A stretch of DNA of 64,000 bases, from positions 1,364,001 through 1,428,000 of the forward strand of contig JAUFOQ010000017.1 of assembly GCA_040285855.1 (NCBI GenBank), given 5' to 3'. The DNA is from Eukaryota sp. GEM-RC1. Lineage: Eukaryota. Of this stretch, positions 49,349 through 61,862 are shown piece by piece. Under the pieces are notes generated by a model that was given only the letters and a program-made list of their open reading frames with translations, had not been told where the DNA came from and did no database searches. The position numbers and the translations under genes are program-made. Position 1 is the stretch's first letter. Every line of letters starts with the position of its first letter.

Positions 49349-52300
49349 ATGACTCTCACTGGACCTGAGTCAGCATCACAACTTCTTGCTACTACTTCCA
49401 GTGATTCTTTGTTCGATTCATCTATATCAAACTTTCCTATTGAATTCAAACGAGATCTCAACCATAATGTCTTTTCCAACTCCGACCTACCATCATCAAC
49501 TATTGTTCGAAATGAATACTCCTTCTATATGAACGTGCTGCCAGACAAGCACTCGACCCCATACCGTTCTCTCTTCTGTGACACCAGCTCGTTCTCCCAC
49601 GTTGATAGCATAGCTGTTCTCATCAATGGAGTAGTTCATCCTCTATCTCCCTTTAAAGATAACGTATATCACTGCAATATCTTCTTTTACCCCGGAACTT
49701 ACACCCTTTCCTTCTTTGTCAACGATGAGCTCTTCCTCAATCCTCTTTATGACATAAATGACTTCGGATACAACACCTTTTCTACCTCTTTTCTTTCCTA
49801 TGACGAGATCTACTTCAAATTCCTAATCTTTGTCTTCAGCCCCCTCTGTTTAACCTCCGAATCTTACCTCTTCTACTATATGAAGTATCGCCAGATTAAT
49901 AAAAGCACAGAACCCAAAATGGGATATATGCTCAACTTGAAGTATTTTCTTCCAATCCTAAAAGATTACGACTTCATCCACATAATCCCCGGCCAGTTCT
50001 CAGAAGATTCTCCTTTAAATTGTCTACCTAATAATGCCCATGAGTTCTTTGTAGGAGATGAGGAGCATAAGGTGTGGGTAGAAGCTAGGGATATGAGTCA
50101 GTATGTACAGGTTAATTACTTTGAGCCACTTAAAAGAAGAGAAGTCAGAGAGTTGTATGCTGAGGTTTATCCGATTAATGAAGATCCTGATGAATTAATT
50201 GAACATGTATGTGATGAATTTAATGCTAAAGATGGATATGTTTTCTTTAAAAATGGCAGTTTTCGAGTAATTTTTTGTTCAAATCAAATGAAGAAGCTTC
50301 TTCTTTTGTTGATGAGCCTTACTTAATCTTTGATGATCGACTTTATTTGATTACCAGAGATTTCTTCAGTGATGACGTTTGTGATGATGATATTGACAGT
50401 CTGGACATCAATCGTCACGATAACTCCAATATTGAGGAACAATTAAAAAACATGATTGATTCGCCTAAACAGACTGTTAAAATTCCTTTATCAGATCAAT
50501 ATAAGCAGAACATGCTTCATCGATTGAAGCAACAATTACCGATATTTTTAAAATATAATGAAATTTTGGATCGTGTTGATTCAGAGAAAGTTTGTGTCTT
50601 AGTTGGATCTACTGGTTGTGGAAAGTCGACACAACTTCCAGTTTACTTAGCTGAGCTCTACTCCAATTCAGGAAAGAAAATCGCAATCACTCAACCTTGT
50701 AATCTTGCTGCAATGACCCTTTACAACAGAATATCTGATGAGTATGAAGTCATTAACGGCCGTGATGGTGCTGGACAACCAATTTGTTCAAATATTGTGG
50801 GTTATTTAACAAATCGTGGTGCAAAACAAGGGTCTCAAATCATGGTAATGGAACAGGACAAGTTGTTTTCATATGATCCACTTCTTTCAGAATTTTCCGT
50901 TTTAATTATTGATGAAGTTCATATCCGTTCTATATCAACTGACATTATCCTGGGTCTTGCTCGAGATATTCTCAGAAAAAGACCAGACTTTAGAGTGGTT
51001 GTTTGTTCAGCCACAATTGATACCTCAAAGTATATTAATTACTTCTTTGGAGATAATTCATCGATTCTGCCGATCAGTGTTCCTGGACGTGTTTTTGACG
51101 TGCGAGTCGTTGAGAATCCTGTTGACCCTAATGCTCTACTGTCGCAACTGCCTCTAATCGTTAAGGAAGCTATAGTCAATCCTGCCTATTACGAAAACGG
51201 TGAGTGCATTGGTCACGTGTTAGTGTTTGTGCCAAGCAAACAATCAGTTGGTAAGTGTATGGAACTGTTTAAGAAAGCTTGTAAAGGATCAGATGATTAT
51301 AATAATGTCGTTTGTAGAGCGCTTCATGAGACTATCGAATATGTGCATCAAAAGGAAGTTATCGAATTTGATAAAACACATACGAACAAACGCATGGTTT
51401 GCTTCTGTACGTCTATTGCCGAAACTTCGTATGTTTCTTTTCCTTTACTAATACCAGGTTAACAGTACCTAATGTTCGAATGGTCATAGATTCTGGTTTG
51501 ACAGTCCGATCAACATTTGATGACGTATCTCGATCTACTTTGATTGAAACCGTGCTAATCAGCAAGAGCTCTTCTGAACAACGTAAGGGTCGTTGCGGTC
51601 GAACTTGCCCTGGGGTGTTTATTCCTTTGTACAATTATAACGATCCTAAACGAGTTGAATACGACCCTGACATTTTAACAAGTTCTGTGGATTTGTTATC
51701 TTTAAAAATGATGTCTTTGGGATTCGATCCCGAGACCTTTAAGTTTATTGATTCTCCACCTCACTCAATTTCAAATGCAATTGTAAAACTCAAGGAATTA
51801 GATTGTATCAACAATCAGAATGAGTTGAAGTCTCTCGGAAAGATTGCCTTAGCTCTTCAGATTGATCCTAGGCGTATTTACTTTTCTTACTTAATGGCCC
51901 AAGAGGGCCTTTTGTCCTTAGGAGCAATAATCACTGCAATCCTGTCCACAAATAACCCTCTAATTCTAGACAAACTGGAATTTTATGATTGTTCTGAATC
52001 AATCAAAAGTGATTTGCTATCACTTGTTCTTGTCTATCAGAAACTAACTAAGACCAAACGCCAGTCTTTTCCAGTTTCTGTCAATAAGACGGTGTTCAGT
52101 TCTATTAAGTCCCTTTCACGGTCGATTGTTTCTTCTTTTAGAAAAATCGACGAACTAGACAAAAAGAATTCTACTGAGAAAATCGCTTTTAAGATTTCTT
52201 TAGATTCCGACACCATTTCAGTTCTTAACAACTGTCTCTTAGCTAGTTTTGGTAACTCCACTTTTACTACTGTTCCAGATGTGAGTAATGTGTTGGTTTC

Positions 52301-55300
52301 AAATGATCAAAGTCTTGTCCTCGAAGTCCATCCTCTTTCTTTTTTCATGACAACTCTTCCTTCTTTTCTGGTCCCGTAATGGCTTTGGGATTAGAAAGAC
52401 TGGGTCACGTGACATCAGTAAGGATCATTCATCCAATTGATGACGTTAACGGTGTTAACACTGATTGTGGTGATCATTTGAAACAAGTTTTGCTTCTAAA
52501 AGACGTTAGTGCATGGATCTATGAAGAATTTTCAAAATGGTGGATCACATGTAAACCGACTTATTTTAAATTGTTTTATTCCAACCGCTCTGTTGTCGCT
52601 CTTTATTCTGAGAAAAAATACGATTTCTCCAATCAAAAATGACCAATTGGAGAAATTCGTGAAGGAATCAGAACATCAAAAGTTGGAGCTTTTTGTAGAC
52701 ATCAAAGTCAATCAAAGTCGTTGATGGTTAGAAATCATGACGTGCAGTTTTTAACTGGTTTGAAAGTGTCAAATGTTGATCCAGGAGGTCCTTGTATAAT
52801 CCTGAGTTTCTCAAAATTTCAATTTATCGACTTTTGTTATGATATTTCCATGACTAATCAACGATGTAATGTTCGGCATAAAGTAAAGCAGTTCATTGTT
52901 GACATCATCGGCTACTCCCTATTCAATCACATTAGCCAATCAGGGTCAAAATCAATCAATATTCATCTTGAGAGTCCGGATTCCTGGTCAATGCTTCCAG
53001 CAGTTTTGTTTGACGGGTACTCTGATGGTTTTGATGATCCTGTTCTAGTTAAGGTTAATTTCCCCCCAATGAATCCTTGGCTTTTCTTTGAAGTTTGTAG
53101 TAAGTTTAAAAAATCTGGAATTTTATCTCACAAGATCGATAATCCTTTCCGCCTCTTAAATTTTTCAGGATCACTTCATATTATTTCAAGATCCTCAGCT
53201 TCATTAAAACACGGCCTCAAATCTTATGTCACTCTGTGGAAACCTGGTCGCGTCACCATTGAGGGACATCAATCGGTTATCAATCCTACAAAAGATGGTG
53301 ATAAACTTGCAAAACTTGCCGAAATCGATCCTCGTATGATTGAATATCGCCCGTCACCAAACAATCCGTTTTTTACCCGTGCTACAATTTATTTCGTTGA
53401 TGAGGATTCCTTGAGCCCTTCCTCTAAAATGTCAGTCCCTCAGTTGATTGGGAAGCTACAGTCCTCAACTAGTCATCCTTGTAGAAGAGTAGCGAAAGTT
53501 CCAGTAGTAATGGCAGTGAAGATTGAGCGTGGTTATGAAGAAAGGGGGACTACAATCTTATTAGAAAGAAATGCTGAAGCTAGGTTCGGATCTTGGTTTG
53601 CTGACGTGCATGCGTTTTTTGTCCTTCCTGATTTGAATCAATTATTGCAGGTTGATTCTGCGTGCGAAGTGTCGAAATCTATTGCTGATCAGTATGAATG
53701 TCAGTTTTTCTTGGAAACGTCTGATTATAAGTCTTACAAGTTTTCAAAAGAAGTTCCCACATTTCACTTTTTTAAAATTTTACCAAGTGAATCGAGTTCT
53801 GGTTGTTTAAGGCTTGTACGGCCAACCAAACTCTCGGAACATGCATTGGCTTGTGACTCCATTACTTGCGGTAGTATCTTTCAATTACTACAGAAGTCAC
53901 TAAGAGATCGTTGTTGTTTTATTCCAATTCCCCCTTCTCAAAGAAACTTGTTTTTAGGGGAACCTTCAAAATTTAAAACATTTGTCGAATCGACGAGTTT
54001 TATAGATGATTTAGATCATGATGATGTACTTACCATGACTCAATATCTATCTGACCAAGGAGTTGTTAGAATCTTGGTTCATGAATTCTTAATCGATTTT
54101 AAAATTACATTGATTGATTTGGTACATTCCTTTTTACGAGAAAACTCCACAGTCACAAACATCGACACTGAGTCTTGTGTTTTCTGTAATCAGTTACCTG
54201 ATCAAATTAATTCACGATTTTCAGTTTGTGATCACGTTTTTTGTCGTGATTGTTTAAATGAATATTTGAAAAAATCCAAAAAATCAACAATTTCTCTTTC
54301 TTGTCCAAAGTGCAGTCTGTCCATTGGTTACAATGATTTTAGCCGGAATATTATTTCTTCAGAACTTTCCAAATCCTTGGAGTTCCGGTTGCGCTCTTAT
54401 TTAAATTCTTATTTTTCTTCCAAAATTTCAATATGTTTGAATCCTGATTGTAGAACTCTAATTCCTAATGTTTATGGTTATGTCTCTTGTCCTAATTGTT
54501 TTCTACCTCAATGTAATAATTGTGGTTGTATTAATGATGATCGGCATTTTGGTTCTCCATGTGATTTGTATAGACTTTCAATCATTTCTGATTTTGATTA
54601 TGGCAGAGACCATGACAGTGTAATCAGATCTGCAAGGAAATCTGTGAGTCACGATTCCATTTGCGAAAAATTTGATCTTTTGAACTTTTCAAATTTTCAA
54701 AGCTTCCCGATGTTTGTCTCTTTTCAAAGACAATCCGCTCTTGTGGTCTCCCCAAGGATTCCTTACTCTATGGTTATGTTGGTGTTGATTCTCCTGAAGA
54801 AATACTATCTCTAGGGGAATTGCCACCTACTACTTGTACGTTCTTTACTCTAACTAATCACAGTGTTTAACAAGGGAATATACTTCTGCAAAACTCTAAA
54901 GTTTGCTTTGGGGTATTACAATAATCCTCGTTATATCTTGGTTTTTGCTTTATATCCCCATGTTGCTTACTTTTCTTTAAAACATGAATGGTTTTATGTA
55001 TTGGATGATAAGGCTCCAGTTCTGTATTTCCCAGTACTATTTTTGGAAACAAAAGATTGACTTTGATGACGTGAGCAGTTTCCTTCGTTCAGGTCAAGCT
55101 GTTGACGTGTTTACCGGAATTAAAGAAAACGTTCAAAATTCCATTTTTCTTCAGAATTCTTCGGACCAACCTTTATTTAAATGGTATTGGGTTCATAATG
55201 ATCATGTTACTTATTTCGAAGATCGGATTTCCAGATTTTTGGAAACCAAATTTGGACTGTACAAATATGACAAAACCAAATCATCTTTTGTATTTGATTT

Positions 55301-57247
55301 AAATATATTAAGTGATTCGACTCTAGAGTTTGTTGTTGATTTATGTTCAATGACACTCACGTGCAATGATTTTTGTGCAATAATTCAAAGAGAGCGTGTC
55401 TTCGAAAGCCACTCCAATATCGATCATTACTGGTTGTTCTTTTCTGATGGTTTTTGGAAATCTTTTCGAAAGAAGATAATGATCTGTTAAATTTAAAATA
55501 TCGTGAATATCTGTCCAACAACTCATATTCCTGGTTTGAAATTTTTCTTGAGTCTTCAAAAAAATCATACTATATTGATTGTTCCTCATTTTTAATTTTT
55601 CAGAATTTTTCAGAATTTTCATTTCTTAAAAGAGTTCCCAACAATGAGAAATTCTATCAGAGTTTCTACTTTCCTGTACAATCTCCGTTAACACTAACTA
55701 GCAACGAATATATTAAAGAAGTAAGTCCCTATTTAGAAAATCTAATTGCTGATTTAAGAAAGTCTAATCTTCAAAGTGAACCAGGACATCACTTTTTCCG
55801 CTTCACTTATATTGAAAGTGAAAACAAATTTTCATTAAAAATTAAAATATGTGATGAAATCCATCATATTGTGTCTGTGCTTGTCGCTGGTGTCGTTCGA
55901 AAATTGCAATTTTTGAATATTTCTACTTTTGTCGAACAATCATCTGACAACATGACTTCTCTTTTAATTCATAATCACCGTCTGTCTAATATTCTTTGCG
56001 AAATACAACCAATCAAATTTGATTCCAAACAGAATGTAATGGCTATGATTGCTCATATTCTAGTCTGGAAACTAGAATGTGTAATATATGGTATGTTTAT
56101 TTATTTATTTACTCATTTTAGGCGGTTTCATTAGAGATTTTCTTTTAGCAAATGCTGAGGCACGTGATATTGATTGCATGACCCCCACTGATGACGAGTA
56201 CCATCAAACAGTTGACAAATTCTTATCTGAAGTTCGTGCTGTATTTTCTAATGTAAAATTTACAAAAATTCGTCAGAACAATGCTATTTGCACCAAAACT
56301 TCTTTTATTGTTGGTGATTTTGCTATAGATGTAGACTTCACTCGACCTTCAGGTGGTTTCATCCATCCTCAAGCTTCTCCTCCATTTGTCGAAGCTGACG
56401 TTTCCAACTTCATTATTTCAAAACAAGAATTATTAAGTTTCAAAATCAAAACTGCCCAGGAGAACTTTTCTCTTGATACAACACTTCGACATTGCTATAA
56501 CAAGGAGTATGTCTTCTTCTACGACTTGGCAAAATATCATGAAATGGCTGTTCCTAGATTGGTTAAACGAATTAAATCTGGTTGGAAATGTTTATCTAGA
56601 GTTCCTCGTGAATACCTGTATGTTTTCGATAGCCGAAGTGACAAACTTCATTTGTTGTATGAACCTCGATTTGAACTTCCTCCTGTTGACGATCTTTGGT
56701 ATTGTAGATGTTTGGTATCTATTTTAGACAAAGTTGGAAATAATTATATTGTTGTCGAAAAACTGTTACAGAAGATGTCTGTTAACCGTTGGAATATTGA
56801 ATCTATTTTTGAAGCGTTGTCACCAGTGTTTCAACGGAAGTCTCTTGAAAAAACGTTGTTTGATTGGTCAAAGACAGTCTTTTTAAAACTGTGTGATCCC
56901 GTCATCATTCCAATCAATTGGTTCTGTTGGGGATTTACTGTCATGAACAAGAACTCGTATTTTGAGTTTCTTCAATTTTTGAAGATAACTTTGTTAATGT
57001 CATCAACGTTGAAACGTTTGCTTCCGTCAGCGATTTTCCCTGTTTTTCCCATCAGATGTTTCTAAACTTTTGCACGAATTTAAAACCCCAATATTATTCA
57101 TTTTTGAAAAAATGTTTGGTTCATTCTTGCAACAATTTAAATTGCTGGGATAGAGATAGTATTTCCGAGGGTTTACATTGTTTAGAAAATAAGATCGTAA
57201 AAGCTAGAACATTTTGCGCTTTCAAGCGAATTGAAATTAATGTATGA
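49349..57247 (+). CDS. Giant multidomain protein: CBM48-like, DEAH helicase, RING-IBR, PARP-like, WWE x2, class II nucleotidyltransferase (3 introns, several single-base frameshifts)
   Basis: Helicase GSTGCGKST, DEVH, SAT, IAETS|LT, QRKGRCGRT; C3HC4 RING plus IBR; GIYF..ALGY; WYW/YWLF WWE-like repeats; IYG|GFIRD..DID. Introns at 51429-51457, 54836-54863, 56091-56121. Fusion into one gene is inferred. Confidence 0.8.
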
Positions 57248-57352
57248 TAAATCTGAATTTAACTTTTTCTGGGTAATTTCTTGTGCTTTTTGCTGGAATT
57301 GATATTTTCGGTGTCTAGTGTTTCAAAGACTCGATTTTGATATACAGTATAT

Positions 57353-57990
57353 CAGGGCTCCTCATAAATAAATATAAATTCTATTTATTTCTATTTATAT
57401 TTATTTTTGAGCCTTTCTGGCGATCATGCAAATAAAACAAAATTAAACAAAATATAAATAAATATAAATAAAATGTCGGAAAGTAAACTTCATTGATCTA
57501 TATAATACATGAGTTAATTTAGTGCTCAAGGTTGTTAATTGACTTGAAACATGATGTGTGAAATACTCAAGCTCAGACAAAAATTACGGTTGAGACATTT
57601 TCTCTCGAACTTCTTCAAATGTCAAAGACGAGCCTTTACCTGTGTTCTAAGCCAATCCAAACGACTATACCCGGGTATATGATCATTGAATGATTCTCAT
57701 GGTCGTTTACGATGCTGAACATTGAACTAATATTGAAGATTCACAGATGTCTATGGAATGACGACACAGTTAGAGCAATTATACGAGGCAGAAAGTCAAC
57801 TAAGCTGTTTCGACAAGAAAGGGATGATGAAATGGATTGTGTATTTATCGATAGTGACTCAGATTAGATGTATAATAAAATATTTTGTTTTCATTTGGGT
57901 TTTATTTTGTTTTAATTATATTTATTTCACACTTATTTTTGGCACTTTTGGATGTTCAAATTATTTTAAATTATCTTATGAAAGGGCCTG
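57353..57990. mobile_element. Degenerate hAT-like MITE
   Basis: Imperfect CAGG..TCATAA TIRs (11/15) and AT-rich subterminal repeats; no TSD. Confidence 0.45.
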
Positions 57991-58166
57991 TATATTGTTG
58001 TTATTGTTATTTTTTCATCTATAAACTAGTATTTTAATAATTGAACTTAATTAATATACAATTTCTTTCTAGAGTTGTTCTGAACAGGCCCAAGAATTCT
58101 AGGCTTCAACTCACAGTTTTCGAATTTGTTTTCTTCCACCCTATCTACTTGGTCAACCAAGTTCTA

Positions 58167-58766
58167 ATGTCTTCAGATTCCTTCAATTCTTGCGAGGGAT
58201 GTATCAAACTACGAAGCATTGTACATTATCTTCAACGTAAATCCAAACAATCCAACACTGTCTCTTACCCAGCTCATTCCCCTAAAGGTCCTGGCACTTC
58301 CTTCACATCTGATCTTTTAACCTCCGAACTCCAACATGAATCGATTCACCACTACGAAATCGTCATTTCCGAACAACAGAAGATCATATCTCAACTAGCG
58401 GATGAGCTAGACGAACTCAAGTACTCAATAAAGTCCTCAAAGCTAAAACAGTTGTACTCTACAACTTTTGATTCTCCACCGCCCACATCCTACGAACTTC
58501 CCTGCCCCAACTCTCCCCGCCTGTCCTCTCTCACTCTACAAACTCTCAACATTACTCCAAGTAAGGACTCCTTATTTATTGGAGCTAGATCACCTTGTAA
58601 TAAGTGCACTAGTCTGGAAAATGAATTAAAATATGCCTCTAAAGAAATTTCTGATTTAAGATCTATAATTGCTGAGAAGGAAAGCAAAATCAGACGGTTA
58701 CAATCCTCTAATAGCAAGTTTCAGTATGACACTTATCATGAAGATTGTCATGAAGATGAACATTAA
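58167..58766 (+). CDS. Hypothetical coiled-coil protein
   Basis: Open frame from ATG 58167 with two CxxC-led heptad segments; 3' end uncertain. Confidence 0.6.
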   Translation: MSSDSFNSCEGCIKLRSIVHYLQRKSKQSNTVSYPAHSPKGPGTSFTSDLLTSELQHESIHHYEIVISEQQKIISQLADELDELKYSIKSSKLKQLYSTTFDSPPPTSYELPCPNSPRLSSLTLQTLNITPSKDSLFIGARSPCNKCTSLENELKYASKEISDLRSIIAEKESKIRRLQSSNSKFQYDTYHEDCHEDEH

Positions 58767-59256
58767 AGTTAAAGCTGATACAGAAACTGTATCAAAATCC
58801 CCTTTTCTTCTTTTTCTTATTATAACTGGAGGTGTTGGCTCTATTACAACGTCTGGAATTGTAAGTCTATGGTGCATTGAAAGAATTGGACAAATTGGAC
58901 AAAATTTTAGAGTTTCCGAGTTTACTAGAGTTCGTAATTAGGTTAGTAGTTTTGTAATAGTTGTTGTATAATAATTGTGTATTCAAACCCCCAATATCAA
59001 GTTTATTCGGTACCCAATAGGGTAACCTTCCTACAAAACTATGTGTATTAAAATGACTTTAGTTGATACTTCACGATTTTACTTCTATCGGAATATATTG
59101 GATAAATTTCAAAAATCCTCAAATCAATCAAAAATAACACAAGATTCAAACCGGACAATGTACAAATACACCTCTCAAAAACTCCCCAACGGAGCCTGTT
59201 TTTTTAAAAAGAAACAAAATACAAAATTAAATACATCAAGAAAAACCACCAAATAT

Positions 59257-60306
59257 TTAAAATTTCCTATTTAAAAGTCCCGCCAGTCGAGCCAGTTCAA
59301 TATTCTGTTCAGACAACAACAACTCAGCCTCCCTTCGATGAAAGAGAGCTTCATTCAATTCCTTTTCCAACTTTGCCGCTCTTTCTGAATAAAACTTAAT
59401 CAACTGGTCATTCTGTCCCTTTCTAGTCTTGGCAGAGCTCCTATCTTTCTCTCTAGAAAGCTCTTTCCTCAAGAGTTCTACTTCCTTTTCCAGCTCATCC
59501 TCTCGTTGATGATCTCTTTCAATCACTGTCACGACATCTTTCTCTTTAACTTCTGCTTCAACCTCCTTCTTTGCTTCTGCCTGCACTCTTCGCTCTACTA
59601 ACTCTTGTTCTAACGAGTTTACTCTATCGGAGAGAACAGACGACAGCTGTTGCTCTTCTTGGAGTGACGTCATCAGCTCATTATTCTTACCAATCAATTC
59701 ATCAACTTCCTGTTTTGAAACATTCAGCTCAGTTCTTAATTCCTCCTCAACCTCATCATGAACTGACGATCCAGACTCAACGTTCTGACACAGTGTCAAA
59801 GATGACTCGAGTTTACGTTGAAGAAGACCCAAAGAAGAGGAGAGGTCCTCTGCAAACGTGGGTTGCATGACTTCTGATGACTCAATCTCAGCTGTTTGTT
59901 GAGATAGGTTGGCGACAACAGAACGACGATGGGAGATGATTGAACGGGATTCTTGGAGAGAAACATCAGAGGGAGTGTATGAGATGCAGCGGAGACCAAC
60001 GTCAGCAAGCGGATGAGCAATGGAGGAGCCAAGACGAAGAGATTTTAATAAAGAAACGATTTGGGATATGGATTTTTTGATTGACGAGTGAAGAATAGGA
60101 GAACTTATGGTATTGGAGTTACTTAGATGGTTGAGATTGGTATGTAGTTTAGTAATTAGAGGAGTCCATTGGGAAACATGTGACGAGAGAAGACTTACAC
60201 AGTTAAGGGAGTGAGACAGTAGAGTAAGTAGCTGTGCATTATACTTTATCAGGTCATTGACAGCTAGGTGAAGTCCTAGAGAAGAGGACTCTTCAGTATC
60301 GGACAT
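59257..60306 (-). CDS. Hypothetical coiled-coil protein
   Basis: 349-aa ORF with E/K-rich heptads, divergent from CLP1. Confidence 0.75.
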   Translation of the reverse strand: MSDTEESSSLGLHLAVNDLIKYNAQLLTLLSHSLNCVSLLSSHVSQWTPLITKLHTNLNHLSNSNTISSPILHSSIKKSISQIVSLLKSLRLGSSIAHPLADVGLRCISYTPSDVSLQESRSIISHRRSVVANLSQQTAEIESSEVMQPTFAEDLSSSLGLLQRKLESSLTLCQNVESGSSVHDEVEEELRTELNVSKQEVDELIGKNNELMTSLQEEQQLSSVLSDRVNSLEQELVERRVQAEAKKEVEAEVKEKDVVTVIERDHQREDELEKEVELLRKELSREKDRSSAKTRKGQNDQLIKFYSERAAKLEKELNEALFHRREAELLLSEQNIELARLAGLLNRKF

Positions 60307-60360
60307 TTTTTCAACTAGAAGAAAACTTCACATCATACCACTACTTTCTTAGTCTTCGCT

Positions 60361-61634
60361 ATGCCACTTCATGTTCTTAAACCATCAGAAGAACTGAGAT
60401 TTGTGATCAAAGATGAACCTTGTACACTTAAAGTACGTTAATCTCAGCTTTTCTAACATCAGTTAGAAGAAGGTTTAGCAGAACTCTTTGGTACTGAACT
60501 AGCTCTCGGTAAATCTTACGTCCTAAAAGACCGTGTTGCTGCTGTGTTTTCATATCAAGGAGCCAAAATCTCTATTATCGGTCAACCTGACGAACTCTAC
60601 ATCACCTCTGATACTTCAATGAATCTCTATCTTGACTTCCACGCTGAAGTTGAAGCCAAACGTTCAGAAGCTAGAAGTACTGAAGGCAGGGGTCCACGCA
60701 TTCTAGTTACTGGACCAATGGATTCTGGAAAGTCTACTCTCACACAAATCCTTACCTCTTATGCTGTCCGTTGTGATCGTACTCCAGTTGTTGTGGATCT
60801 CGACGTTGGACAAAACCATTTGTCCATCCCTGGGACTGTGGCGGCTTCTCTCTTTGATCAACCAGTTGACGTTGAGACTGGACTAGACTCAACAGATCCT
60901 CTTGTTTTCTGGTTCGGACACACCTCGCCTTCCAAAAACCTTTCACATTATAAATATCTAATAAATCAATTGGCGACAGCTGTTGACATGAGGTGTGAGC
61001 AGGACGCGAGAGTTCTGGACAGCGGCATAATTGTTAACACATCTGGTTGGGTTGACGACGAAGGTTTCGATCTCTTGGTAGATGCAATAAAGGTACTGGA
61101 AATAGATTATGTCTTGGTCCTAGGTAGGGATCTGCTCAGAGTAAAGCTTGAACGTATGTTTGATAGGAAGTCAGGTGTGGAGATTAGAGGTCTCGCTGTT
61201 TCTCCTGGTGTTGTTTCTAGGAATAGAGATACCAGAAAGAGCTATCGGAAATCACGTATCCATCGTTACTTCTACGGATTTAACATGGAGTTGGCTCCAG
61301 ACCTGTTTCAGATCTCCTTTTCCCGTGTTTGTGTCTTTGGAGTGGAGTCTTCTAGGTTGTCGGAAAGACTACGCCCGATAGGTAGCGAACAGAAACTAGA
61401 AGAAACAATGGTAAAGATACTGCCTCAAGATCAGTTTGATGTGTTGAGGCAGTCTGTCCTGCTATTAGCTTTGCTCAATCAGTTGAACAGGTTCTGGACT
61501 TCCCTATTGCTGGTTTTGTTGTTGTTCAGAGTGTTGACCTTGAGTCTGAGCAGTTGGAGATCCTAAGTCCATGCCCACGTTCCCTGTTGCCCTCTTTTAA
61601 CTTTGTTATGGGCTCTATTCAATGGATTGATTAG
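60361..61634 (+). CDS. CLP1: Clp1 polyribonucleotide 5'-kinase / cleavage factor (intron 60433-60462, frameshift near 61460)
   Basis: EELRF..K|LEEGLAELFGTEL, GPMDSGKSTL, DLDVGQ, IVNTSGW; the C-terminus PIAGFV..ILSPCP..GSIQWID lies in the -1 frame. Confidence 0.93.
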
Positions 61635-61862
61635 TTAACTTGAATAATATATAAATTAGAACGTCATAGTCTTTTTTTTAAAGTTTATGTTGATTAGATA
61701 TCGGAGAAAACACAAAACTGTTTTGATTTCATAAATCACTTCTGGGATTCGTTGCTTATTTTGTGAATCGAGAAAGAGGTTTTCTGAACAAGAAAAACAA
61801 CCTAATCTAGATAAAGTATATGCTTACAAAATTCCAAAAATTCAAATTTCCAGTTCCTTGCA

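Noticed and set aside
52634..52642. Euplotes-style AAA-stop +1 frameshift
   Set aside because: Only this junction has AAA TGA; the others lack the motif and many need -1 shifts.
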